Part shown: positions 45,864-55,833 of the stretch, one piece after another
Layout of the letters: each line of letters begins with the position of its first letter
Numbering within the stretch: position 1 is the first letter of the stretch
Source: an uncultured Christensenella sp.
Lineage (GTDB): Bacteria > Bacillota > Clostridia > Christensenellales > UBA3700
Assembly: GCA_950079155.1 (NCBI GenBank)
Contig: CATMWH010000001.1
Coordinates: 2,982-66,981, forward strand
Length of the DNA stretch: 64,000 nucleotides
Reading direction: 5' to 3'
Notes under the pieces: model-generated
The model's database searches: none
Seen by the model: only the letters and a program-made list of their open reading frames with translations
What the model was told of the DNA's origin: nothing
Made by a program: the position numbers and the translations under genes

Positions 45864-47768
45864 ATGTCGTTTTTACCTATAACCAAAAGCGAAGTAGGAG
45901 ATCGTCAAGTCGATATCGTCTATGTGATAGGCGAAGCGTACGTAGATCATCCGTCATTCGGACACGCTATCGTGTCTAGGCTTTTGCAATCTCTAGGCAT
46001 TGACGTGGCTATTATTCCTCAACCGCAGAACGACTCCGACTTTTCTCGCTTTGGACAACCAAAATACGGTTTTATGGTATCGAGCGGAGTAGTCGACAGT
46101 ATGGTCAATAATTATACCGTCGCAAAGATTAAACGTACTCGCGACGTATACAGTGAAGGCGGAGACGTAGGTAAGCGCCCAGACAGGTGCGTTGACATAT
46201 ATTGCAATGCTTTGAAGAGACTTTATCCCGATACGCCTGTTGTCATTGGCGGAATAGAGGCGTCGCTTCGTAGATTTGCGCATTACGATTATTGGAAAGA
46301 CATTGTTTTACCGAGTATCTTAGTATCTTCAAAAGCAGACCTTCTTATTTACGGAATGGGCGAAAGACCCTTGAAAGAAATTTTCGATATGGTAAAAAAG
46401 GGTGTGCCGCTTGACAAAATCAAGGATGTCAGAGGTACTTGTTATCTGTCAAGTTACGATAATCTTTCAGCCAAACTAAAAAAGGCAATAGAGGAACACT
46501 CAGTCGTTTTTTCGCCGTCGTATGAGCAAGTCAAGGCAGATAAATTGCAGTACGTACAGGCTTTCAACGCGCAGTATTCCAACAACGATCCATATTACGG
46601 CAAGACGTTATTGCAAAAGCACGGCGACAAATATCTAGTGCAAAATCCAATGCAATATCCTTTGAGTGTAAAAGAAATGGATGAGATTTACAATTTGCCG
46701 TACGAAAGGACTTATCATCCCAGTTATACCAAAGGAGTGCCTGCGATAGAAGAGGTCAAATATTCTTTGACGTCGGTCAGAGGCTGTTTTGGGGCGTGCA
46801 ACTATTGCGCTATTGCATTCCACCAAGGGCGTATAGTGCAAAAACGCAGTAAGGAGAATATTGTCAAAGAGGCGGAGAGTTTTGTCGCAGATAAAGATTT
46901 TAAGGGATATATTCACGACGTGGGCGGACCTACGGCAAATTTCAGAGATCCGGCTTGCGAAAAGCAAAAGACTGTGGGAGTATGCAAAGACAAGTCTTGC
47001 ATAGGCTATAAGCCTTGCCCGGCAATGAAAGTCGACCATCGGGAATATCTTGATTTGCTCAAAACTTTGCGACAGATAGAGGGAATAAAGAAGGTGTTTA
47101 TTCGATCGGGCATTCGCTTTGATTATCTTATGTATGACGAAGATCGGGAATTTATGTACGAACTTATTAAGCATCACATTAGCGGTCAACTCAAGGTTGC
47201 GCCGGAGCATATCTCCGACGCGACTTTACAAGCAATGAACAAACCGCCGTTTGAAGTCTATCTAAAGTTTAAAGACAAGTTCGACTCAATAAATAAAAAA
47301 CTCGGCAGAAAACAGTATCTCGTTCCGTATTTGATTTCTTCGCACCCCGGTTGTACGCTAAAAGACGCGATAAGACTTGCGCAGTATCTCAAGTCGATAG
47401 GATATATGCCCGAGCAGGTTCAGGACTTTTATCCTACGCCGTCTACGAAGTCTACCTGTATGTATTATACCGGTATAAATCCCGACACTATGAAGCCGAT
47501 ATACGTCGCCAAGACAAAGAAGGAAAAGACGTATCAAAGAGCGTTGATGCAATACCGCAAGAAGAGTAATTACGAAATTATAGTCGAGGCGCTCAAGGAG
47601 GCGGGGAGGCAGGATTTGATAGGCTTTGGCGAAGACTGTCTTGTCAAACCTACTAAAGAAGAGGCAATGGCAAAAGCCTATAGGGAGCGTCAAAAGAGTA
47701 AAATCGCAAATAATATAAAAGACTTACATTCAAGCAAGCCGAATTCAAAAGGAGCAAAGCGCAGATGA
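45864..47768 (+). CDS. ygiQ: YgiQ-family (UPF0313) radical SAM protein
   Basis: ATG at 45864 lies behind agaggat (MSFLPITKSE). Radical SAM motif GCFGACNYC. The long N-terminal and C-terminal regions are typical of YgiQ. Confidence 0.85.
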   Translation: MSFLPITKSEVGDRQVDIVYVIGEAYVDHPSFGHAIVSRLLQSLGIDVAIIPQPQNDSDFSRFGQPKYGFMVSSGVVDSMVNNYTVAKIKRTRDVYSEGGDVGKRPDRCVDIYCNALKRLYPDTPVVIGGIEASLRRFAHYDYWKDIVLPSILVSSKADLLIYGMGERPLKEIFDMVKKGVPLDKIKDVRGTCYLSSYDNLSAKLKKAIEEHSVVFSPSYEQVKADKLQYVQAFNAQYSNNDPYYGKTLLQKHGDKYLVQNPMQYPLSVKEMDEIYNLPYERTYHPSYTKGVPAIEEVKYSLTSVRGCFGACNYCAIAFHQGRIVQKRSKENIVKEAESFVADKDFKGYIHDVGGPTANFRDPACEKQKTVGVCKDKSCIGYKPCPAMKVDHREYLDLLKTLRQIEGIKKVFIRSGIRFDYLMYDEDREFMYELIKHHISGQLKVAPEHISDATLQAMNKPPFEVYLKFKDKFDSINKKLGRKQYLVPYLISSHPGCTLKDAIRLAQYLKSIGYMPEQVQDFYPTPSTKSTCMYYTGINPDTMKPIYVAKTKKEKTYQRALMQYRKKSNYEIIVEALKEAGRQDLIGFGEDCLVKPTKEEAMAKAYRERQKSKIANNIKDLHSSKPNSKGAKRR

Positions 47769-48379
47769 TAATTACTAATATCACAATGCAGTCAAAGAAT
47801 ATCGACAGAGTCAATCTCTTTGTCGACGGCTCTTTTTATTCTGGCGCGAGCAGGATTGCTGTATACAATCACAAGTTGGAGGTAGGCGCAGAGATAGACA
47901 AGGACACTCTTGACAAAGTCATTTTTGACAGCGATAAGGACAAAGCGTTCGATTATGCGCTCACGTATATAAGCAAATATACGCCTACGGCAAAGATACT
48001 CACCAACAAATTGTATGATAAAGGATACGGAAAAGCAATAGTCGAATATACTGTAGAAAAGTGCAAGAATTACGGATATATCAACGACGAAGAGTACGCT
48101 CGCTCGTATATTGCGCTTAATAGCAATGTCAAAGGCAAGACAAGGCTCAAGATGGAGCTTCGCGGTAAAGGCGTAGCTGAAGAAATAATTGATAGTGCGT
48201 TGTCGCAAATGCCAAAAGACAACTCGTGCGAAGAACTCGCAAAAAAGCATAGCAAAAATCAAGATATTTACGATCCAAAGTACAGAGCAAAGTTAATAAG
48301 ATTTTTGCAATACAGGGGCTATGAATGGGAAGACATTTCTCAAGCGCTTGCCGTATTGAAAATCGTCGACGAGGATTGA
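47765..48379 (+). CDS. recX: Recombination regulator RecX
   Basis: 204 aa with ATGA start/stop overlap with ygiQ. Three-helix repeat pattern (ALTYISKYTPTAKIL ... YGYINDEEYARSYI ... FLQYRGYEWEDI). Confidence 0.8.
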   Translation: MIITNITMQSKNIDRVNLFVDGSFYSGASRIAVYNHKLEVGAEIDKDTLDKVIFDSDKDKAFDYALTYISKYTPTAKILTNKLYDKGYGKAIVEYTVEKCKNYGYINDEEYARSYIALNSNVKGKTRLKMELRGKGVAEEIIDSALSQMPKDNSCEELAKKHSKNQDIYDPKYRAKLIRFLQYRGYEWEDISQALAVLKIVDED

Positions 48380-48382
48380 TTT

Positions 48383-49852
48383 ATGAAAAAAGTTCTTACG
48401 ACAACTCAAATGGCTTATTGCGACAGTCGTACCATCGAAGGCGGTATACCTTCTACGGATTTAATGCGCAGAGTTGCCCAGGCGGTGTATGATAGCAGAG
48501 TGTGGCAAGGCAGTATCGCAATAATTTGCGGCAAAGGCAACAATGGCGGAGACGGTCTTGCGCTTGCTTGTATTATGGCAGACAATGGGATATTTCCCAA
48601 AGTATTTCTTCTTGGGGATATGAGCAAGGACGGCAGATATTATTATGATGATTTGCTATCAAAAGGATATGGCAGTATATACGATATATGTGAGTGCGAC
48701 TATGACTTTGATATAATAGTCGATTGCATATTCGGCACCGGATTTAAAGGACAGCCGAGACGGAAATACGCCGAAGTAATAGACAACATAAATGCAAGCC
48801 GAGCATATAAGATAAGCGTGGATATTCCCAGCGGACTCGACGGCGACAGCGGAAGATACGTCACTTGCGTAAAGGCAGACGAAACAATCACAGTTCAATT
48901 TGCCAAGATGGGATTGTATCTCAACGACGGCAAGGATATGACGGGCAAGTTATCTATAATCGACGTGGGGATAGGCTTATATACTCAAGCGGCAAATATT
49001 GTTGAAGAACAAGACGTTGCCGTTCTTTTTCCAAAGCGCAATCGCAATACGCACAAGGGTACTTTTGGCAAGAGCGCAATAATGGGCGGCTGCGGAAATT
49101 ATCTCGGCGCGGTTAGGCTTGCCAATATGGGGCTGTGCGCATTGAGAAGCGGCGGCGGACTCAACGTGATTATCGTTCCCAAAAGTCACGTAGGCAATAT
49201 CTTAGGCAGCGTTATGGAAAGCACGGTGATAGGTATAGCCGATGACGGCGGATATTTTGTCTTTGATATGCAAGAGATAGACGCGGCGTTGAAAGGCGCG
49301 AACAGTCTTGCAATAGGTATGGGAATGGGTAACAACTATTGCCAAAACGCAAAAATTATAGAGCACATCATCGCAAATTATTCTATTGACGTTATAATTG
49401 ACGCAGACGGACTTAATTCTTTGGCGACAAATGTTGAAATGCTCAAATGCGCAAAAGCGAAAATTATCCTCACGCCTCACGTAAAAGAAATGTCGCGCCT
49501 TTGCGGTAAGAGCGTAGAATATATTCTCAATGACCCAATAGGCGTAGCCAAGTCATTTGCAGAGGAGTATAAAGTCATTGTTTTGCTCAAAGGAGCAAGC
49601 AGTGTGATTACAGACGGCAGAGATGTATATATGGTGACCAACGGTGGAGCAGAACTCTCCAAAGGCGGAAGCGGAGATACTTTGAGCGGCGTAATGCTGG
49701 GTATGCTTTCGCAGGGTACTGCGCCCATTGAGAGCGCTTATTCGTCGTCGTATCTTACTGCAAAAGTCGCAAAAGATTTGACAGAAGAGTTTAGCGAGTA
49801 TGGGGTTCTGCCAAGCGACGTTGCAAGGGAGATACGCAGGCTAATCAAATAA
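48383..49852 (+). CDS. nnr: Bifunctional NAD(P)H-hydrate repair enzyme Nnr (epimerase + ADP-dependent dehydratase)
   Basis: 489 aa. The YjeF-N domain has GKGNNGGDG. The C-terminal carbohydrate kinase-like domain has GGSGDTLSG. Confidence 0.9.
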   Translation: MKKVLTTTQMAYCDSRTIEGGIPSTDLMRRVAQAVYDSRVWQGSIAIICGKGNNGGDGLALACIMADNGIFPKVFLLGDMSKDGRYYYDDLLSKGYGSIYDICECDYDFDIIVDCIFGTGFKGQPRRKYAEVIDNINASRAYKISVDIPSGLDGDSGRYVTCVKADETITVQFAKMGLYLNDGKDMTGKLSIIDVGIGLYTQAANIVEEQDVAVLFPKRNRNTHKGTFGKSAIMGGCGNYLGAVRLANMGLCALRSGGGLNVIIVPKSHVGNILGSVMESTVIGIADDGGYFVFDMQEIDAALKGANSLAIGMGMGNNYCQNAKIIEHIIANYSIDVIIDADGLNSLATNVEMLKCAKAKIILTPHVKEMSRLCGKSVEYILNDPIGVAKSFAEEYKVIVLLKGASSVITDGRDVYMVTNGGAELSKGGSGDTLSGVMLGMLSQGTAPIESAYSSSYLTAKVAKDLTEEFSEYGVLPSDVAREIRRLIK

Positions 49853-49973
49853 GCAGCTGGCGATATGTCAGACGAACGTCGGGATAAGAAGTCGATATGT
49901 ACGATAAGTACACTTGGACGGCTTAATTTCGCCCTAGCAGTTACAAAAATAAACTATTTTAAACTTAAGTATA

Positions 49974-50000
49974 GGGCAGAGAAGTCGAGAAATCTATACG
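49974..50000 (+). repeat. Family-1 repeat, 3' half copy
   Basis: gggcagagaagtcgagaaatctatacg. Compare with 16646-16677. Confidence 0.55.
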
Positions 50001-50022
50001 TATTATAAAAGGAGATATAAAA

Positions 50023-50655
50023 ATGAAGGTATTACTTATCAACGGCAGCAACCGAGCAAAAGGCTGTACCAACAGGGCGCTTGAAGAAGTCGCAAAGGTG
50101 CTTGCGGAAAACGGAGTAGATTATGAGATATTCCAAGTCGGCAATAATCCTATAAGAGATTGCATTGGCTGTCTGCAATGCGCGACCAAACTAAAAAACA
50201 ATACTTGCGTTTTTGACGACGATATCGTCAACGCTCTTATCAAAAAGGCTAGCGAATGCGACGGCTTTGTCTTCGGCACGCCCGTTTACTATGCTCACCC
50301 AAGCGGCAGAGTATTGTCATTGCTTGACAGAGTATTCTATGCAGGAGGCAGAGTATTCAGACATAAACCTGCGTTTGCAGTTGCCAGCGCAAGAAGAGCG
50401 GGGACTACCGCGTCAATTGACGTGCTCAACAAGTATTTTACTATAGCGCAAATGCCGATTGCGTCGTCGAGTTATTGGAATATGGTGCACGGTAACCAAC
50501 CCGAACAGGTAGAGCAGGATTTGGAGGGATTGCAGACAATGCGCAACGCTGCCAGAAATCTCGTGTGGCTTATGAAGTGTATAGAACTTGGCAAACAAAA
50601 CGGTATTGAGCCTCCGAAGAACGAGAGCGGAACTAGGACGAACTTTATAAGATAA
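50023..50655 (+). CDS. Flavodoxin-like NADPH-dependent FMN reductase / iron-sulfur flavoprotein (paralog of 1394-2023)
   Basis: 210 aa. MKVLLINGSNRAKGCT and CIGCLQC. The C-terminal half is almost colinear with 1394-2023. Confidence 0.8.
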   Translation: MKVLLINGSNRAKGCTNRALEEVAKVLAENGVDYEIFQVGNNPIRDCIGCLQCATKLKNNTCVFDDDIVNALIKKASECDGFVFGTPVYYAHPSGRVLSLLDRVFYAGGRVFRHKPAFAVASARRAGTTASIDVLNKYFTIAQMPIASSSYWNMVHGNQPEQVEQDLEGLQTMRNAARNLVWLMKCIELGKQNGIEPPKNESGTRTNFIR

Positions 50656-50687
50656 TTTGACGTCATTGAAGTTGAAATTTAACTTAA

Positions 50688-50719
50688 GATAGCGTACTTG
50701 CAATCGCAAGTACGCTATC
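50688..50719. terminator. Bidirectional hairpin terminator between convergent genes
   Basis: Perfect 14-bp stem gatagcgtacttgc (50688-50701) / gcaagtacgctatc (50706-50719) with loop aatc. Confidence 0.75.
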
Positions 50720-51061
50720 TCAATAAAAGCCTAGGCTAATCATAAGCGCCTGATTTATTTTTTGCATCGTGTCAAGCGGAACTTCGCCTATTTTGTCTTT
50801 GAGTCGCTTTTTATCAAGCGTACGTATTTGTTCGAGTAATACGACAGAATCCTTGTTTAGTCCGTAATCTCCTGCAGAAAGTTCAATATGCGTAGGCAAT
50901 TTTGCCTTGTTTATCTGGCTTGTCACAGCGGCGGCAATGACGGTGGGGCTGTATTTGTTACCCACGTCGTTTTGCACCACGAGGACGGGGCGGATACCGC
51001 CTTGTTCGCTTCCTACGACGGGACTAAGGTCTGCGTAATATAATTCGCCTCTTTTTATCAT
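50720..51061 (-). CDS. mazF: MazF/EndoA (PemK-family) mRNA interferase toxin
   Basis: 113 aa. [61 protein letters not shown] is nearly colinear with Bacillus EndoA/NdoA. RBS tggaga. Confidence 0.9.
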   Translation of the reverse strand: MIKRGELYYADLSPVVGSEQGGIRPVLVVQNDVGNKYSPTVIAAAVTSQINKAKLPTHIELSAGDYGLNKDSVVLLEQIRTLDKKRLKDKIGEVPLDTMQKINQALMISLGFY

Positions 51062-51307
51062 AATAAATCTCCACAGCGTTAGTCCTGATAAATTATATGC
51101 AATTTATCGGTTTAAAGTTATTGTTGACAAGACTTTTGAATTTTATGCAAGCAAATTTGTCAATCAAAAACGGCAGAAGCGAGGCGCATTTGCAACATAT
51201 GAAATGTAAATATTTAAGTATTATAATTATGCTGTAATAATTTATTACAATAGATATTGGCGGAGATATAATATTATATAATTTAATATATTTTTAATAT
51301 TAAGGTA

Positions 51308-51336
51308 TTGACCTCAAATTTTTTTTATGATATTAT
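51308..51336 (+). promoter_or_regulatory. Putative promoter of the GPH/MFS transporter gene
   Basis: TTGACC (51308-51313), a 17-nt spacer, then TGaTATTAT (extended -10, hexamer at 51331-51336). Confidence 0.55.
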
Positions 51337-51386
51337 AGATATAATGTAAATTACAAAATCTTCGTTACATTTAAGGAAAGGAAATT

Positions 51387-53129
51387 ATGGCTTCACTAAA
51401 TGAAAACAAACTTCTTCGAAAGTTCTTCGGCACAGACCCAACGAAAAAAGAAGAAATGCAACCAAAAGAAGTTTTGTCTTACTCCGTAGCAGGTCTCGGA
51501 CAAAACATCATTTGTCAATTAGTCACGACGTTCTTTATGGTCTATATGACCGAAGTTGCAGGCGTAGATGCGTTGTGGCTTGCTTGGATGTTCCTTGCAG
51601 CAAGACTTTTTGACGCATTCAACGATCCTGTTATGGGTACGCTCGTAGACAAGACTCACAGCAAGTGGGGTAAGATGAGACCTTATTTGGTATTCTCGCC
51701 TATACCGATTGCCGTGCTTACGATTTTGCTTTTCACGTCGTTTAACTGGTCTATGGAAGCTAAATTTGCTTATTCTACAGTGATTTATTTGATGTGGGGT
51801 ATTGCATATACGTCAGTAGACGTTCCGTATTGGGGATTGGCTTCGTCAATGACTTCCGATACAGACAAGAGAAATACGCTTTTGACAGTTGCGCGTCTTT
51901 TCTCCACGATTGGTAGCGGTATAGTCTCCGTCCTTGTTCCTATCGTAACAGATTCCAAGAATGTAGGAAAAGAAAATTTGACTTGGATATATATCGTAGT
52001 CGCTATTGTCAGCGTATTGATTGCAGTTCCGACTTTCTGGCTTGGCTTTAAGAATAGCAAAGAGAGATTCTACGACGAGCAAAGCACGACTACTCTCAAA
52101 GAGAATTTGAAACTTCTTGCAAAGAACAAACCAGTTCTTCTTATGATATTGATGGGTATACTCGGCGGTCTTCGTACAATATATATGACCACCGCTATCT
52201 ACTACGCAAAGTATAACTTGCAAAGTCAAGGTTTGGCGTCTGTTATCTTTCTTTTGGTTGTGCCCGGCGGTTTGCTTGCAACGTTGCTTACGCCGGTGCT
52301 TTCCAAGAAATTGGGTAAGAGAGATATATTGATATGGTCGCATCTTGTAGGCGGTATCTTGCTTGTAGTATTATACTTCATAGGTTTGCCGTCCAACGGT
52401 ACTAGTATGGTTGCGCAGATATTCTTCTACATTATTATTATCTTGGCAGGTATACCTTCGGGCTTTACAAACATACTTACATATTCAATGATAGCAGACT
52501 CTATTGACTATCTTGAAGATAAGACAGGCAAGAGAGCAGAGGGTATTTGCTTCTCAATGCAGACGCTCATATCAAAGATCGGTATGGCTCTTACGGCTTT
52601 CGTAACTTTGATGGTACTCGGTAGTTACGGTTATGACGAACTTGACGTCAAAGAAGTTACGCCTGAACTTGTTGCAACTCCTGAATTCCAAAGCGTTATC
52701 AAAGGTAACTGGATGGCTACCACGCTTTTGTGCGGACTTTCAATGGCTGCTTGCGTAATTCCGCTCTTCTTCTATACCTTTACTGAAAAGAGACAGGTTG
52801 AGGCTGTTGCAAGAGTTATGGCAAGAAAGAAAGCCGCTGGCACTATGAACGAGGCTGAAGCAAGCGAGTTTATAGAGCAACTTAAGAATGTCGATCCTAA
52901 GACACAAGATAGAACGTATACTCAAGTTGCAGAAATTCTCGGCTGGGAAAACGCTGACGCGGTAAGACAATTTATCGTAGAGTCAGATAATACCAAGTCT
53001 ACCGCAGACATCGTCGAAGAAAAGGTAGAAAACGTATTTGAAGACGTAGGCATAAAGCAAGACGTTGACAATGAAAAAGTTGAAGAAGAAGTTGTAGACG
53101 CAGAGAATAAGTCTGATTTTAACGAATAA
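51387..53129 (+). CDS. Glycoside-pentoside-hexuronide (GPH):cation symporter-family MFS transporter with an acidic C-terminal tail of about 120 aa
   Basis: 580 aa with 12 hydrophobic spans. GPH-type signature ARLFDAFNDPVMGTLVDKT...GKMRPY. The hydrophilic tail starts at about residue 460. Confidence 0.8.
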   Translation: MASLNENKLLRKFFGTDPTKKEEMQPKEVLSYSVAGLGQNIICQLVTTFFMVYMTEVAGVDALWLAWMFLAARLFDAFNDPVMGTLVDKTHSKWGKMRPYLVFSPIPIAVLTILLFTSFNWSMEAKFAYSTVIYLMWGIAYTSVDVPYWGLASSMTSDTDKRNTLLTVARLFSTIGSGIVSVLVPIVTDSKNVGKENLTWIYIVVAIVSVLIAVPTFWLGFKNSKERFYDEQSTTTLKENLKLLAKNKPVLLMILMGILGGLRTIYMTTAIYYAKYNLQSQGLASVIFLLVVPGGLLATLLTPVLSKKLGKRDILIWSHLVGGILLVVLYFIGLPSNGTSMVAQIFFYIIIILAGIPSGFTNILTYSMIADSIDYLEDKTGKRAEGICFSMQTLISKIGMALTAFVTLMVLGSYGYDELDVKEVTPELVATPEFQSVIKGNWMATTLLCGLSMAACVIPLFFYTFTEKRQVEAVARVMARKKAAGTMNEAEASEFIEQLKNVDPKTQDRTYTQVAEILGWENADAVRQFIVESDNTKSTADIVEEKVENVFEDVGIKQDVDNEKVEEEVVDAENKSDFNE

Positions 53130-53198
53130 AAAACTTTTTAAACAAAATAATTCAAAGGCTATCCGTTGCGGTAGCCTTTGAAGAAGTAATAGGTGAAT

Positions 53199-54725
53199 AT
53201 GGCATCATATACGTCTTTATACAGAAAATATAGACCCGACACTTTTGATAAGATGTTGGGTCAAAAGCATATAATCAAGACCTTGTCTAATGCAGTGCTT
53301 GCGGGCAAAATTTCGCACGCTTATCTTTTTACAGGCACTAGGGGCACCGGTAAGACGTCTACTGCCAAAATTTTCGCCAAAGCAATCAATTGTCTCTCGC
53401 CGTGTCCCGACGGTTCGCCGTGCGGAGTCTGTGAAGTTTGCAAGGCGCTTTCAAGTTCCAACAATATGGATATTCTTGAGATGGACGCAGCGTCAAACAA
53501 TAGCGTAGACGATATCAGAGACTTGATTGAAAAGGTCAAGTACGTTCCGGTTGCTTGCAAATACAAAGTTTATATCATAGACGAAGTGCATATGCTTACT
53601 ATGCAGGCATTTAATGCTCTTCTCAAGACATTGGAGGAGCCGCCCGAGCATACAGTCTTTATACTTGCGACTACTGAAGCGCACAAGCTTCCGCAGACGA
53701 TTTTGTCGCGTTGTATGCGCTTTGACTTTAGGTTGTTATCGACGGTAGAACTCGCGGACTATTTAGCAAGCATATTTGACAAAGAGGGTAGAGAATATCA
53801 AAAAGAGGCGGCGCGCGCCATTGCAGAGGCCGGAGACGGTAGCGTAAGAGATATGCTTTCAGTTGCCGATATGTGTCTGTCTTATACGCAGGAAAAACTC
53901 ACTTATGACGACGTGCTTGAAGTCTTGGGAGCAAGTTCGCCCAAATTGGTAGTAGAACTTTGTTCTGCAATTATAGACCACGACGCAAAAAAAGCGTTGG
54001 AAATAACCGACAAAATAGTTTCGCTTGGAAAGAGTGTTGCGCTGCTTGCAAGGGATATTTCCAAAATGATGCGAGCAATGCTCTATATACTCAACTGCTC
54101 CAATGCAAACTCATTTTTGTCGTTGCCAAAAGATATTTACGATTCGCTTGTCGCAGTTGCCAATAATACGGACAACGGATCTTTGGTGCGCATAATTGAG
54201 ATTTTTGTCAATATCGAGAATGAATTGCGTACTTCATCTTCACCAATTATCACGTTGGAGATGAGCGTAGTAAAAGCGTGCGATTTGACGATTGATCTTG
54301 ACGGTGACGCAGTTATAAGAAGATTGAAAGACGTGGAGTCTAAGATAAGGACTATGGCAAAGTATTTTGGAGACGTCGACGGTTCTCTTAAACTTGACTT
54401 GGGAGAAGTGTGGGGATATCTGCTCAACTCCGTTAAGGCAAGCGGGGCGCAGCAAGCCTATACTTGCGCTGCGGGAATTACGGGAGAAAATTTGAATTTT
54501 GACGACGGAGTACTGTATATCAAAGTCGAAAGTGAAAAAAATCTTCCTGTTATAAAACAATATATTAAGCAGTTTGAGAATATAATTCGTAAGAGATATT
54601 TTGAGATAACTGCCGTTGAGATAAGTTTTTTTGACAAAGAAAAAGCGCTTAACAACGACGTAAAGAAAGTGCAGGATTTGTTTGACGAAGAAATGGTCAA
54701 CGTCACAAATTCTAAAAAACAGTAA
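53199..54725 (+). CDS. dnaX: DNA polymerase III subunit gamma/tau
   Basis: ATG at 53199 (MASYTSLYRKYRPDTF). Walker A GTRGTGKTS, zinc module CPDGSPCGVCEVC, DEVHML, and sensor LSRC. Confidence 0.95.
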   Translation: MASYTSLYRKYRPDTFDKMLGQKHIIKTLSNAVLAGKISHAYLFTGTRGTGKTSTAKIFAKAINCLSPCPDGSPCGVCEVCKALSSSNNMDILEMDAASNNSVDDIRDLIEKVKYVPVACKYKVYIIDEVHMLTMQAFNALLKTLEEPPEHTVFILATTEAHKLPQTILSRCMRFDFRLLSTVELADYLASIFDKEGREYQKEAARAIAEAGDGSVRDMLSVADMCLSYTQEKLTYDDVLEVLGASSPKLVVELCSAIIDHDAKKALEITDKIVSLGKSVALLARDISKMMRAMLYILNCSNANSFLSLPKDIYDSLVAVANNTDNGSLVRIIEIFVNIENELRTSSSPIITLEMSVVKACDLTIDLDGDAVIRRLKDVESKIRTMAKYFGDVDGSLKLDLGEVWGYLLNSVKASGAQQAYTCAAGITGENLNFDDGVLYIKVESEKNLPVIKQYIKQFENIIRKRYFEITAVEISFFDKEKALNNDVKKVQDLFDEEMVNVTNSKKQ

Positions 54726-54767
54726 ATATTGATATAATATTATAATAATTATAAAGGAGTATATATT

Positions 54768-55094
54768 ATGGGTAAATTTGGCGGTTTTGGCGGCGGAATG
54801 GGCAATATGCAACAACTTATGCGTCAAGCGCAAAAAATGCAACAAGAAATGATGGAAGCGCAAGAGGAACTTAAAACAATTGAAGTCACAGGCACGAGCG
54901 GCGGCGGACTTGTAGAAGTAACTATGACGTGCGAGAAGCAAGTCTCGGCGGTGAAAATCAAACCTGAGGCAGTAGATCCGGACGATATAGAGATGCTTGA
55001 GGATCTTATCGTTGCGTCTTTTAACGATGCTACTGCAAAAGCTGAAGAAATCAGAGAGGAAAAACTCGGTAAGTTCGCCGGACTAGGTGTATAA
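54768..55094 (+). CDS. ybaB: YbaB/EbfC-family nucleoid-associated protein
   Basis: 108 aa. MQQLMRQAQKMQQEM ... GGGLVEVTMTCEKQV. Sits in the conserved dnaX-ybaB-recR order. Confidence 0.9.
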   Translation: MGKFGGFGGGMGNMQQLMRQAQKMQQEMMEAQEELKTIEVTGTSGGGLVEVTMTCEKQVSAVKIKPEAVDPDDIEMLEDLIVASFNDATAKAEEIREEKLGKFAGLGV

Positions 55095-55095
55095 T

Positions 55096-55680
55096 ATGTC
55101 GTATTTTCAACCTTTGGCTAGACTTGTTGCGCAATTTTCAAAATTGCCGGGAGTGGGAGCAAAGACGGCTCAGCGATACGCTTATAAAATAATCAATATG
55201 AGCGAAGAAGAAGTTCAAGAATTTGCTCAAGCGCTCGTTGAGACAAAAAGAAGTATTCATTATTGTTCGATTTGCGGTAATTATACAGATGACGACGTTT
55301 GCGAAATTTGCGCCACAAGAGACAAATCTGTTATTTGCGTAGTCAAGGAACCAAAGGACGTGATTGCCTTTGAAAAAATCAAAGATTATAGCGGAGTATA
55401 TCACGTATTGCAAGGCACTCTCAATCCAATGCAGGGCATAGGAGTTGACGATATTCGTATTAAAGAATTGATGGGTAGACTTGTCGGCGTAAAAGAAGTC
55501 ATTATGGCGACAAATCCCGACATAGACGGAGAAGCGACTGCTACGTATATCGCAAGACTTATCAAGCCTATGGGAATCAAAGTGACTCGCATTGCAAGCG
55601 GTATTTCTATGGGAAGCGATATAGAATATGCAGACGAAGTGTCACTGTCTCGCGCTTTGGCGGATAGAAAAGAATATTGA
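55096..55680 (+). CDS. recR: Recombination protein RecR
   Basis: ATG at 55096 lies behind aggtg. HhH motif LPGVGAKTAQR, zinc finger CSICGNYTDDDVCEIC, and a Toprim domain. Confidence 0.95.
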   Translation: MSYFQPLARLVAQFSKLPGVGAKTAQRYAYKIINMSEEEVQEFAQALVETKRSIHYCSICGNYTDDDVCEICATRDKSVICVVKEPKDVIAFEKIKDYSGVYHVLQGTLNPMQGIGVDDIRIKELMGRLVGVKEVIMATNPDIDGEATATYIARLIKPMGIKVTRIASGISMGSDIEYADEVSLSRALADRKEY

Positions 55681-55735
55681 TAAAAAAATGTACTCTTTTG
55701 AGCAAAGACGAGAAGAATCTAAGATAAATTATCCT

Positions 55736-55774
55736 AATAAAAGAGATTATTCAATTTGAATAATCTCTTTTATT
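55736..55774. terminator. Bidirectional terminator between recR and galT
   Basis: Perfect 17-bp stem aataaaagagattattc (55736-55752) / gaataatctcttttatt (55758-55774) with loop aattt. Confidence 0.8.
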
Positions 55775-55833
55775 GTAATTTTGACTGAATTAAACGCGAA
55801 TATCCACGCTGTGAATTATTGCAACAAGACTAA

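Noticed and set aside
53987-53993. An A7 run (gcA AAA AAA gcg) inside dnaX as a possible programmed frameshift site producing a gamma subunit.
   Set aside because: It lies at codon ~264, too early to give a functional gamma, which needs domains I-III (about 370 aa). The -1 frame runs on for about 58 more codons rather than stopping. There is no downstream stem-loop or upstream SD-like stimulator.
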